20,430 bases of DNA. Source: Gemmatimonadaceae bacterium. GTDB taxonomy: Bacteria > Gemmatimonadota > Gemmatimonadetes > Gemmatimonadales > Gemmatimonadaceae. Below, in pieces: positions 1-8,274 of the stretch. The notes under the pieces were generated by a model that did no database searches, was not told where the DNA came from, and was given only the letters and a program-made list of their open reading frames with translations. Position numbers and translations under genes: made by a program. The DNA lies in the NCBI GenBank assembly GCA_040902005.1, contig JBBDYA010000091.1, positions 1 through 20,430 on the forward strand, written 5' to 3'. Position 1 is the first letter of the stretch. Each line of letters opens with the position of its first letter.

Positions 1-90
1 AGGCTTACCGGCGCGCGAAGCGCGCCGCCGAGAACGCCGACGCAGCACGCCGGCCGAGAACCCTGTCGCGCTTGGCGGTGTACAAACCGC

Positions 91-975
91 ATGCGATATG
101 TCCTGCTTCCTCTCGCGCTCGTCAGCCTGGCATGCGGCGCGGTGTCCACGCGTGAACGCGCCACACCGCCGCGGCCGCTGGTGCTGCTCGTGCACGGTCG
201 CGGGCAGCTCGACGTGGACACGGCATCGCTGCGCCGAGACTGGCAGCGCGAGCTGAATTCCTCGCTGGCGTCCGTGGGCCTGCCGCGACTGGAGGACGGC
301 GATGTGCGGCTTGCGTGGTACGCGGACCTGCTCGATCCGGAGGTCTCCAACGAGTGCGTGAGGCCAGTGGACACGCTGGGGGAGGGGGGGGGGGACATCG
401 GATTCGATGCGATCGCGCGCTTCATTTTCGCGTCGCTCGTCAGCGCGATCCCGAAGAACGAGAGCCGGAACGCGCGCGGCGTGGTCGGTGAACTCCTCTA
501 CTTCCTGGACGCATCCGCCCGCTGCGCCGCGCGCCTTCGCGTTGGGCGACAGATCCAGAGCGCGCTCGCCAGTGATCGTCCGGTGGTGGTCGTGGCGTAC
601 AGCATGGGGGCGCTGGTGGCGTACGACTACCTCTCCTCGGCGGACCGGCCGGATCTTCGCGGTGACCTGCGGTTGATCACCCTGGGGTCGCCCCTGGGCC
701 TCCGGGAGATCCGGTCGCTGCTGTTCGGTGAGGCGTTGGCCGCGTTGCCGCGCGGAGTCACCAGCTGGGTGAACGTCTACGACCCGGGCGATCCGTTCGC
801 GGCACCGCTTGGCGCCGCGCCTCCGCTCGAGGATCGTCGAACGCAAACCCGGTACGACGGCGATGCGCATTACGCGGGACGCTATCTGCGCGACGCGTCC
901 ACGGGTGCGGCGCTGGGCCGCGCGTTGTGCGCGACGTCGGCCGTGCGCCTGGGCGAGGCGTGCAAGCGGCTGTAG
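91..975 (+). CDS. Putative alpha/beta-hydrolase-fold lipoprotein (294 aa)
   Basis: Signal peptide with lipobox-like SLAC. Motifs VLLVHGRG, VVAYSMG (nucleophile elbow), LITLGSPLG, WVNVYDPGDPFA (Asp) and a late His (DAHY). Confidence 0.7.
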   Translation: MRYVLLPLALVSLACGAVSTRERATPPRPLVLLVHGRGQLDVDTASLRRDWQRELNSSLASVGLPRLEDGDVRLAWYADLLDPEVSNECVRPVDTLGEGGGDIGFDAIARFIFASLVSAIPKNESRNARGVVGELLYFLDASARCAARLRVGRQIQSALASDRPVVVVAYSMGALVAYDYLSSADRPDLRGDLRLITLGSPLGLREIRSLLFGEALAALPRGVTSWVNVYDPGDPFAAPLGAAPPLEDRRTQTRYDGDAHYAGRYLRDASTGAALGRALCATSAVRLGEACKRL

Positions 976-1003
976 TCGCCTCTCGTGTATTGAGTCCTTA
1001 CCC

Positions 1004-1027
1004 AACGGTTTCGACGTAGTGGCTGTC
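1004..1027 (+). promoter_or_regulatory. Candidate ECF-sigma promoter (AAC-N17-TGTC)
   Basis: AAC at 1004-1006 and TGTC at 1024-1027. The same geometry occurs upstream of the DUF4097 gene. Confidence 0.35.
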
Positions 1028-1055
1028 CAACGCCCAGCCATCTCCGGAGCATACC

Positions 1056-3628
1056 GTGTCGCGTCCCGTCGGTTTTCGCGTCCTGTTCGCAGCAGTGCTC
1101 GGCCTGCTCATCCTCCCGGGCCGCCTCGTCGCACAAGGCGACGGCACGCCTGCCCCTGATAGCTCGGCGCGCGCGACGGCGGTTCGTGCCGCCACGCCGC
1201 CGGTCATCGACGGCAGCGACACCGACGACGTGTGGCGTCAGGCCACGGGCACCAGCGACTTCCGCGAGTTCCAGCCCACCGAGGGGGACCCACCGCGCTT
1301 TCGCACCGAGTTCAAATCGGCGTACGACGATCGCAACCTGTACGTCTTCGTCCGCGCGTACGACGCGCATCCCGACAGCATCATGCGCGACCTGAGCCGG
1401 CGCGACGTTCGCGGCACGTCGGATCAGATCAAGCTCCTGGTGGACTCGTATTTCGACCGGCGGAACGGGTACAGCTTCGCGGTCAATCCCGTGGGCGTGA
1501 AGCGCGACTACGCGTTGTACAACGATCGTGACGAGGACGGCTCGTGGGACGCGATCTGGGACGTGGCGACGCGCATCGACTCGCTGGGATGGACCGCCGA
1601 GTTCCGGATTCCGTTCTCCCAGATGCGCTACGCCAATGCGACGACGCACACCTTCGGCATCGCGATCTGGCGCGACATCGAGCGCTACAAGGAGCGCACG
1701 AGCTGGCCGCTATACCGCTCCAGCAGGAACGGTCTGACGTCGCAGCTTGGACGGCTGGAGGGGATCGTCGGCATCTCGTCGCCACGGCGGCTCGAGGTGA
1801 CGCCATACACGGTGACGAAGAGCGTGTCGCGCCAGCTGGGCCCGTTGAGCTACGACCGGGTGCAGCACGCGACGGCGGGCGCGGATCTCAAGTACGGCAT
1901 CACGCCGAACATCATGCTCGACGCCACGGTGAACCCCGACTTCGGGCAGGTGGAAGCGGATCCCGCGGTGCTGAACCTCAGCGCGTTCGAGACGTTCTTC
2001 CAGGAGCGCCGGCCGTTCTTCGTGGAGGGCACCGGACTCTACAACTTCTCGGTGAACTGCAACGTGGTGAATTGCGGAGGCGAGGGGCTGTTCTACTCGC
2101 GCCGCATCGGGCGTCAGCCGCAACTTCTCAACTCGTACGGTGGGGTGGGGTCGCCGACGGCCACGCCCATTCTCGGGGCGGGGAAGATGACGGGGCGCTG
2201 GCCGGGTGGGTTGTCCGTCGGCGTGCTGGAGGCCGTGACGCAGCACCTCGAGGGCACCGCGAATCGCACCATCGAGCCGGCCACGTCGTACACGGTGGCG
2301 CGCGTGCAGCAGGAGTTCCGGGGCGGTGGCACGACGGTGGGCGCCATCGGCACGGGGGTGAACCGGTCGGTGGACGAGTGGACGAGCGGGCGGCTGCGCC
2401 GCTCGGCGTACGTGGGCGGCGCGGACTTCGGTCACAAGTTCCCGGGCGGGAATTACGAGATGAGCGGTTCGGTCATGCTGAGCCGGGTGGCGGGCGACAC
2501 GGCGGTGATCAATGCGACGCAGCGCGACCCGGTGCACAACTTTCAGCGCCCCGACGGCGATCTGCCGTACGACCCCCTGCGCACGTCGCTCACCGGGCAC
2601 GCTCAGGAGGTCAAGGTCGCGAAGTTCGGCGGGGGCATCACGCGCTTCGAGACGAGCTACCAGCGCCGGTCGCCGGGGTTCGAGATCAACGATCTCGGCT
2701 TCATGCGTCGCGCGGACGAGCAGAGCCAGGCCACGTGGTTCGCGCTCCAGTACCGCACGCCCACGCGCTTCTACCGCTCGCTTCAGATGAACTTCAACGA
2801 ATGGAACATGTGGAACACCGGCGGGCTGAAGACCGAGACGGGGTTCAACACGAACTGGCACCTGAACGACAAGCGCAACTGGTGGTGGCACGTGGGCGCG
2901 ACGGTGAACCAGCTGGGCTCGTACTGCGACAACTGCACGCGGGGCGGGCCCGCGATCCGACGCTCGCCGCGGCTCCAGCCGTGGTTCGGATTCGACGGCG
3001 ACGATCGCTGGCGGGTGTCTCCGTATTTCTTCATGAATCTCGGGCGCGGAGATTACGGCGCGTCCACGTACACCTCATACAGCCCCGGCGTGAACATCCG
3101 CCCCAGCGCCGCGGTGCAGCTGTCGCTGGGCGTGGACATGAGCTACAACGACGACGATTCACAGTGGTTCGGCAATTTCACCGATGGGGGGGGGGAGGCG
3201 TCACGCATTACAGCTTCGCACGGCTGGAACAGCGGACGTTCTCGTTCAACACGCGCATGAGTTACACCATGACGCCGGACCTCACGCTCCAGGTCTATGC
3301 GCAGCCGTTCGCGACGAAGGGCGAGTACAGCAACGTGCGCGAGCTGAGCGCCACGCCCCGCGCGCCGGAGTACGAGAACCGGTATCAGCCGTATACCCCG
3401 CCGCCAACCGCCGACCTCGGCTTCAACTTCAAGCAGTTGCGATCCAACACGGTGCTGCGCTGGGAGTACCGGCCGGGCTCCACGCTGTTCGCCGTCTGGA
3501 CGCACGGGCGCGAAGGCTTCCTGCCGGTCGCCGGCAACCTGAACTGGCGGCAGGAATACGACAACCTGTTCGAGCTGCACCCGGACAACACGTTTCTCAT
3601 CAAGGTCGCATACTGGCTGAGCCGCTGA
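1056..3628 (+). pseudogene. DUF5916 / carbohydrate-binding family 9-like outer-membrane protein, about 857 aa if intact; frameshifted as sequenced at the G10 tract 3186-3195
   Basis: GTG start with GGAG at 1046-1049. Signal peptide, N-terminal PVIDG...W...GWTAEFRIPFSQMRY domain, and NPDFGQVEAD, ERRPFFVEG and LFYSRRIG motifs. The family-like C-terminus (THYSFARLEQRTFSFNTR...LRSNTVLRWEYRPGSTLFAVW...FLIKVAYWLSR) lies in another frame that ends at 3628. Confidence 0.85.
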
Positions 3629-3660
3629 CGGGCGCACAGAAGTTGCCCTTTTCAGGACGG

Positions 3661-4179
3661 ATGCGGCGCCTTGCCTTGCGAATCGATCAGCTGCCCGCCT
3701 GGGCTTTTGTGGGCATCGTGGTGCTCGTGTTCGGCGCGGCGCGGGCGGGACGGTTGTACGCGTTGCTGCGCCAGAACCCCGGAGGAATGGAGCTGGGGGG
3801 CATCCTCACGCTCGCGATCTTTCTCGTCGTGGTGATCTTCGCGGTCCGCCGGCGACACGTGCGGGCCTGGCGTTCCACGGTGCACGTCATGGGCGCCCTG
3901 GTGGTCGGGAATGCGTTCGGCATCGTGCTGATCTGGCCGCTGATTCCGGACGGCTACGACCTCGCGCTGGTGCCGATGCTCATGGAAACGACAGCCGCGG
4001 GCGTGACCATGGCGGTCATCTCGCTGCCCCTCGCGATCGGCATGCTCTGGCTGTCGCGCCTGTACGGCTCACATTCCGCCCTCACGGAACGGCGGGTTCG
4101 GGGGGGTGGGGGCGCGACGAGCGTTCCAGCGGCAACTTCGCGGCACGCCAGTCCTTCTTTCCCTCCACGTACTCCCTGA
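3661..4179 (+). CDS. Hypothetical membrane protein (172 aa, about 4 TM)
   Basis: ATG at 3661 with AGGA upstream and four hydrophobic segments. The C-terminal tail after the G-rich tract at 4100-4112 is low-complexity and overlaps the rhodanese. Confidence 0.65.
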   Translation: MRRLALRIDQLPAWAFVGIVVLVFGAARAGRLYALLRQNPGGMELGGILTLAIFLVVVIFAVRRRHVRAWRSTVHVMGALVVGNAFGIVLIWPLIPDGYDLALVPMLMETTAAGVTMAVISLPLAIGMLWLSRLYGSHSALTERRVRGGGGATSVPAATSRHASPSFPPRTP

Positions 4180-4450
4180 CGTTGCGATACCCCTGCGCCG
4201 CCAGGACACGGGCGGCGTACGGACTGGTGGGTCAATGGTCGTCCCAGCAGTACAGCACGATCTCCGCATCCTTGTCCGCCGTCGCCCGTTCCACGGCGGG
4301 CACCACCTCGGTGGGCGGCATGTGCCGCGCACCGGGCAAATGGTGTTTCCGGTAGTACGGCTCCGGCAGCACCTCGAAAAGCAGGAACGCGTCGCCGCGA
4401 TCGATCTTCTGGCGCAGTTCGTCCCGAGAGATCGTCGCGCGTGCGGTCAT
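4082..4450 (-). CDS. Rhodanese-like domain protein, probable selenoprotein (122 aa, Sec73 encoded by UGA at 4232-4234)
   Basis: N-terminal half has HHLPGA and EIVLYC motifs. Manual translation past the UGA gives PTSPYAARVLAAQGYRNVREYVEGKKDWRAAKLPLERSSRPHPPEPAVP*, which contains the rhodanese C-terminal signature. A SECIS-like hairpin follows the UGA. Confidence 0.85.
4196..4217 (-). promoter_or_regulatory. Putative bacterial SECIS element
   Basis: mRNA reads UGA-CCCACCAGUCCGUA-CGCCGCC-CGUGUCCU-GGCGGCG. This gives a perfect 7-bp GC stem and an 8-nt loop with G in position 2 (GU), and the loop starts 21 nt after the UGA. Confidence 0.7.
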
Positions 4451-4638
4451 CGCTTGAGGAAGAGGATCATCGCGGCGCCGATGGCGGCGCCCATGAGGAG
4501 CACCGGCAGCGGACGGTCCTGGCCGTCGTCGTATCGCGGGGCGCTAGCGAGGCGCTCGTCCAGTTCCTTGCGCCCGTGCACCCCCGAAATGGAGATGTGA
4601 CTGACGGGATCGGCGACGAGCTCTGCGGCGTGCGTCAT
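4447..4638 (-). CDS. Small hypothetical protein with C-terminal TM anchor (63 aa)
   Basis: MTHAAELVADPVSH...RPLPVLLMGAAIGAAMILFLKR*. AGGA lies 8 nt before the ATG, and its stop overlaps the rhodanese start (ATGA at 4447-4450). Confidence 0.55.
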   Translation of the reverse strand: MTHAAELVADPVSHISISGVHGRKELDERLASAPRYDDGQDRPLPVLLMGAAIGAAMILFLKR

Positions 4639-4737
4639 AAGATCATCCTGTGGGTTATGCCACAGTCGGGTCAAGGCAAGCTGGGGGCCACCGCCGTCCT
4701 CTATCCTCCATCGGCGCACCTCGTAAGTTTCCCTCCC

Positions 4738-5757
4738 ATGGCCACGCGCAACCTCGAGCTCGTCCGCTCCATCACGGTCAACCCGCTGAAACGGCCTCCC
4801 GGCGAGACGCTGGAGCGCAACCCGGGGATGCCGCTCGACCTCGACGCCGTGCGTGCCATTCGGGTGAATCGCAGCGCCGTGGAGCGGCGCGCGGCCACGA
4901 TTCCCACGCGGCGCACCGTGAAGAAGCAGTGGCAGGCGGGGTGGCTGCTGCGCGCGATCACGCTGATGGATCTTACCACCCTGTCCGGCGACGACACTCC
5001 GGGCAACGTAAAGCGGCTGTCGGCCAAGGCCCGGCGCCCCCTCCGCGACGATCTGGTCGAGGCGCTTGGCGCCGGCGACCTGGGCGTCACCGTGGGCGCG
5101 GTGTGCGTGTATCACGCGCACGTTGCCACCGCGGTGGAGTCGCTGCGCGGCTCGGGGATTCCCGTGGCCGCAGTCTCCACCGGATTCCCGGCGGGACTCA
5201 GCCCGTTCGAGCAGCGGCTCGCGGAGATTCCCGCCTCGATCGCCGCGGGCGCGAAGGAGATCGACATCGTCATCACCCGGGCGCACGTGCTCACGGGAAA
5301 CTGGCACGCGCTGTACGACGAGGTCAGGGCGTTCCGCGCCGCCTGTGGCGACGCGCACCTCAAGGCGATTCTCGCCACGGGTGAGCTGGCGACGCTGGGC
5401 AACGTGGCGCGGGCCAGTGTGGTGGCGATGCAAGCGGGCGCGGACTTCATCAAGACGTCCACCGGGAAGGAAGGGGTGAACGCGACCATGCCCTTCGCGC
5501 TCGTGATGACGCGCACGATCCGCGAGTACTATGAACACACCGGATTCGCCGTCGGCTTCAAGCCGGCCGGGGGCATTCGCACGGCAAAGACGGCGCTGGA
5601 GTACCTGTATCTCATGAAGGAGGAGCTGGGCGACCGCTGGCTGCGTCCCGACCTCTTCCGGTTTGGCGCCAGCGCGCTGCTCACGGACATCGAGCGGCAA
5701 CTGGAGCACTTCGTCACCGGGCGGTACGCGGCGGCCCACCGTCAGCCGATGCCATGA
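4738..5757 (+). CDS. deoC: Deoxyribose-phosphate aldolase (long, animal-DERA-like type)
   Basis: Motifs DLTTLSGDDT, AVCVY, GFPAG, EIDIVI, DFIKTSTGK (Schiff-base Lys), GFKPAGGIR and FRFGAS. N-terminal RRTVKKQWQAGWLL as in human DERA. Start at 4738 is inferred. Confidence 0.95.
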   Translation: MATRNLELVRSITVNPLKRPPGETLERNPGMPLDLDAVRAIRVNRSAVERRAATIPTRRTVKKQWQAGWLLRAITLMDLTTLSGDDTPGNVKRLSAKARRPLRDDLVEALGAGDLGVTVGAVCVYHAHVATAVESLRGSGIPVAAVSTGFPAGLSPFEQRLAEIPASIAAGAKEIDIVITRAHVLTGNWHALYDEVRAFRAACGDAHLKAILATGELATLGNVARASVVAMQAGADFIKTSTGKEGVNATMPFALVMTRTIREYYEHTGFAVGFKPAGGIRTAKTALEYLYLMKEELGDRWLRPDLFRFGASALLTDIERQLEHFVTGRYAAAHRQPMP

Positions 5758-5763
5758 ACTGAC

Positions 5764-5840
5764 GGGGAATGGGAAGGGGGAAGGGGGAATGGGGGAACTG
5801 CAAAGGCGGGAAATGAGAGTGGGAATGGGAATGGGAATGG
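5764..5840 (+). repeat. Purine-rich GGGAAT/GGGGGAA low-complexity intergenic repeat (G-quadruplex potential)
   Basis: Nine runs of at least 3 G, including GGGAAT x3 at 5821-5838. Confidence 0.75.
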
Positions 5841-5850
5841 AGCACGCGGA

Positions 5851-8274
5851 ATGAGTTCAGTCGCCGAGATTTTCAAGTCCATGGAGTACGGCCCCGCGCC
5901 CGAGAGCGATCAGCAGGCGCGACACTGGCTGGCCAAGTTCGAGCGGGTCTTCGGCCACTTCATCAATGGCGAGTGGACCGAGCCCGGCGAGACCTTCGAC
6001 GTCATCAATCCGGCCAACCGCGAAGTGATCGCGCGCGTGTCGCAGGGGAGCCAGGCGGACGTGGACGCCGCCGTGGCCGCCGCGAAAGTGGCGCTGCCGG
6101 CCTGGCAGGGGCTCGACGGCCACGCGCGCGCCCGGTACCTGTACGCCATCGCGCGTGGCGTTCAGAAACACGCACGACTGTTCGCCGTCGTCGAGACCAT
6201 GGACAACGGCAAGTCCATCCGGGAAACGCGCGACATCGACATTCCCCTGGTGGCCCGGCATTTCTACCACCACGCCGGTTGGGCGCAACTGCTCGACACC
6301 GAGTTCGCCGGCTACCACGGCGTGGGCGTGGTGGGGCAGATCATCCCGTGGAACTTTCCGCTGCTGATGCTGTCCTGGAAGATCGCGCCGGCGCTGGCCT
6401 CGGGGTGCACCGTGGTGCTCAAGCCCGCGGAATTCACCCCGCTCACGGCGCTGGTGTTCTGCGAGATCGTGCGCGAGGCCGGGCTGCCTCCCGGCGTGGT
6501 CAACGTGGTCACCGGCGACGGCCGCACCGGTGCCGCCATCGTGGACCACCCCGACGTGGACAAGATCGCGTTCACGGGCTCCACCGACGTCGGCAGGATC
6601 ATCCGCCGCGCCACGGCAGGAGCCGGCAAGAAGCTGTCGCTCGAGTTGGGCGGCAAGAGTCCGTTCATCGTCTACGAGGACGCGGATCTCGACAGCGTGG
6701 TGGAAGGCGTCGTGGACGCCATCTGGTTCAACCAGGGGCAGGTGTGCTGCGCGGGCTCGCGCCTGCTGGTCCAGGAAGGGATCGCCGAGCGCCTGATCGC
6801 AAAGCTGCGCACGCGAATGGAGCGGCTCCGCGTGGGCCAGCCGCTGGACAAGGCGGTGGACATGGGCGCGATCGTCGCGCCGGTGCAGCTCGACCGGATC
6901 CGGACGCTCGTGGAGGAAGGACGGACCGAAGGCGCCACGATGTGGCAACCGTCGTGGGCGTGCCCCACCGAAGGCTATTTCTATCCGCCGACGCTGTTCA
7001 CGGACGTGTCGCCGTCGAGCACCATCGCGCAGGTCGAGATTTTCGGGCCGGTGCTGGTGTCGATGACGTTCCGCACGCCGGAGGAGTCCGTGCAGCTCGC
7101 CAACAACACGCCCTTCGGGCTCGCGGCCAGCGTGTGGACGGAGAACATCAACCTCGCGCTCGACATCGCGCCCAGGCTCAAGAGCGGCGTGGTGTGGATC
7201 AACTCGACCAACCTGTTCGATGCAAGCGCGGGCTTCGGCGGGTATCGCGAGAGCGGGTTCGGGCGCGAGGGCGGACGCGAAGGCATGTGGGAGTACCTGA
7301 AGCGCGTGGGGCCCACGGCCGCCGCCACCGCCAAGGCCACCCGCGACACGGCCAAGCGCAAGCGCATCAGCGGCGCGCTGCTTCAGGGCGGAGGGGTGGG
7401 GGCGGACCCCCGGCCCGTCGGCGACATGCCAACCATCGACCGCACCCCCAAGCTGTTCATCGGCGGCAAGCAGTCGCGCCCCGATCAAGGGTACAGCCGA
7501 CGCATCGACGCGCCGGATGGCACTCTCGCCGGCGAGGTGCCCGACGGGAATCGGAAGGATCTGCGAAACGCGGTGGAGGCGGCGCACGCGGCAAAGGCGT
7601 GGGGCAAGGCGACGGGACACCTGCGCGCGCAGATCCTGTACTACATCGCGGAGAACCTCGCCGCGCGGTCGGAGGAATTCGGCGCGCGGCTGTCGGAGAT
7701 GGACGGACGCTCCCGGCGCGACGCGTTGCGCGAGGTGGACGCCAGCGTGCGGCGGCTGTTCACGTACGCCGCGTGGGCGGACAAGTGGGATGGCGCCGTG
7801 CACAGCGTGCCGATCCGCGGCGTGGCGCTCGCGATGCACGAACCCATCGGCGTGATGGGCATCGTCACGTCGGACGAGTTCCCGCTGCTGGGCTTCGTGT
7901 CCACCGTGGCACCCGCCGTCGCGTGCGGCAATACCGTGATCGCGATTCCGTCGCAGCCGTATCCGCTGTCGGCCACGGATCTCTACAGCGTGCTCGAGAC
8001 GTCCGACGTGCCCGCCGGCGTGATCAACATCGTGACCGGCGACAAGAACGCGCTCGCGAAGACGCTCGCCGAGCACGACGACGTCGAGGGGCTGTGGTAT
8101 TTCGGCGACCGCGCTGGGGTGACGGCGGTGGAGCTCGCGTCGGCGGACAACATGAAGCGGACGTGGGCGAGCTGGCGCGCGCGCGACTGGCCGGACACGG
8201 CCGACGGCGAAGGACGGGAATTCCTGCGCGAGGCCACGCAGGTCAAGAATATCTGGATTCCGTACGGCGAGTGA
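5851..8274 (+). CDS. Aldehyde dehydrogenase, ALDH16-like (complete ALDH plus an extra C-terminal Rossmann-like domain; 807 aa)
   Basis: Motifs IIPWNFP, KPAE, FTGST, LELGGKSP (Glu), NQGQVCCAGSR (catalytic Cys), EIFGPV and FGGYRESGFGREGG. A second partial ALDH unit from TPKLFIGG lacks the catalytic domain. GGAG SD at 5839-5842. Confidence 0.92.
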   Translation: MSSVAEIFKSMEYGPAPESDQQARHWLAKFERVFGHFINGEWTEPGETFDVINPANREVIARVSQGSQADVDAAVAAAKVALPAWQGLDGHARARYLYAIARGVQKHARLFAVVETMDNGKSIRETRDIDIPLVARHFYHHAGWAQLLDTEFAGYHGVGVVGQIIPWNFPLLMLSWKIAPALASGCTVVLKPAEFTPLTALVFCEIVREAGLPPGVVNVVTGDGRTGAAIVDHPDVDKIAFTGSTDVGRIIRRATAGAGKKLSLELGGKSPFIVYEDADLDSVVEGVVDAIWFNQGQVCCAGSRLLVQEGIAERLIAKLRTRMERLRVGQPLDKAVDMGAIVAPVQLDRIRTLVEEGRTEGATMWQPSWACPTEGYFYPPTLFTDVSPSSTIAQVEIFGPVLVSMTFRTPEESVQLANNTPFGLAASVWTENINLALDIAPRLKSGVVWINSTNLFDASAGFGGYRESGFGREGGREGMWEYLKRVGPTAAATAKATRDTAKRKRISGALLQGGGVGADPRPVGDMPTIDRTPKLFIGGKQSRPDQGYSRRIDAPDGTLAGEVPDGNRKDLRNAVEAAHAAKAWGKATGHLRAQILYYIAENLAARSEEFGARLSEMDGRSRRDALREVDASVRRLFTYAAWADKWDGAVHSVPIRGVALAMHEPIGVMGIVTSDEFPLLGFVSTVAPAVACGNTVIAIPSQPYPLSATDLYSVLETSDVPAGVINIVTGDKNALAKTLAEHDDVEGLWYFGDRAGVTAVELASADNMKRTWASWRARDWPDTADGEGREFLREATQVKNIWIPYGE

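Noticed and set aside
10..26. Hairpin GGCGCGC-GAA-GCGCGCC as a terminator
   Set aside because: No U-tract on either strand, and the upstream context lies outside the window.
1544..3628. 694-aa ORF as an independent gene
   Set aside because: Only the portion after about 3194 is protein-like, and it is the frameshifted DUF5916 C-terminus. The rest is Arg/Gly/Ala-rich shadow frame.
4232..4450. Rhodanese as a 72-aa protein or simple nonsense pseudogene
   Set aside because: The downstream frame is intact and motif-rich, the UGA falls at a Cys position, and a SECIS-like hairpin follows.
4441..4737. N-terminal extension of deoC
   Set aside because: It overlaps the minus-strand genes, and DERA similarity begins after 4738.
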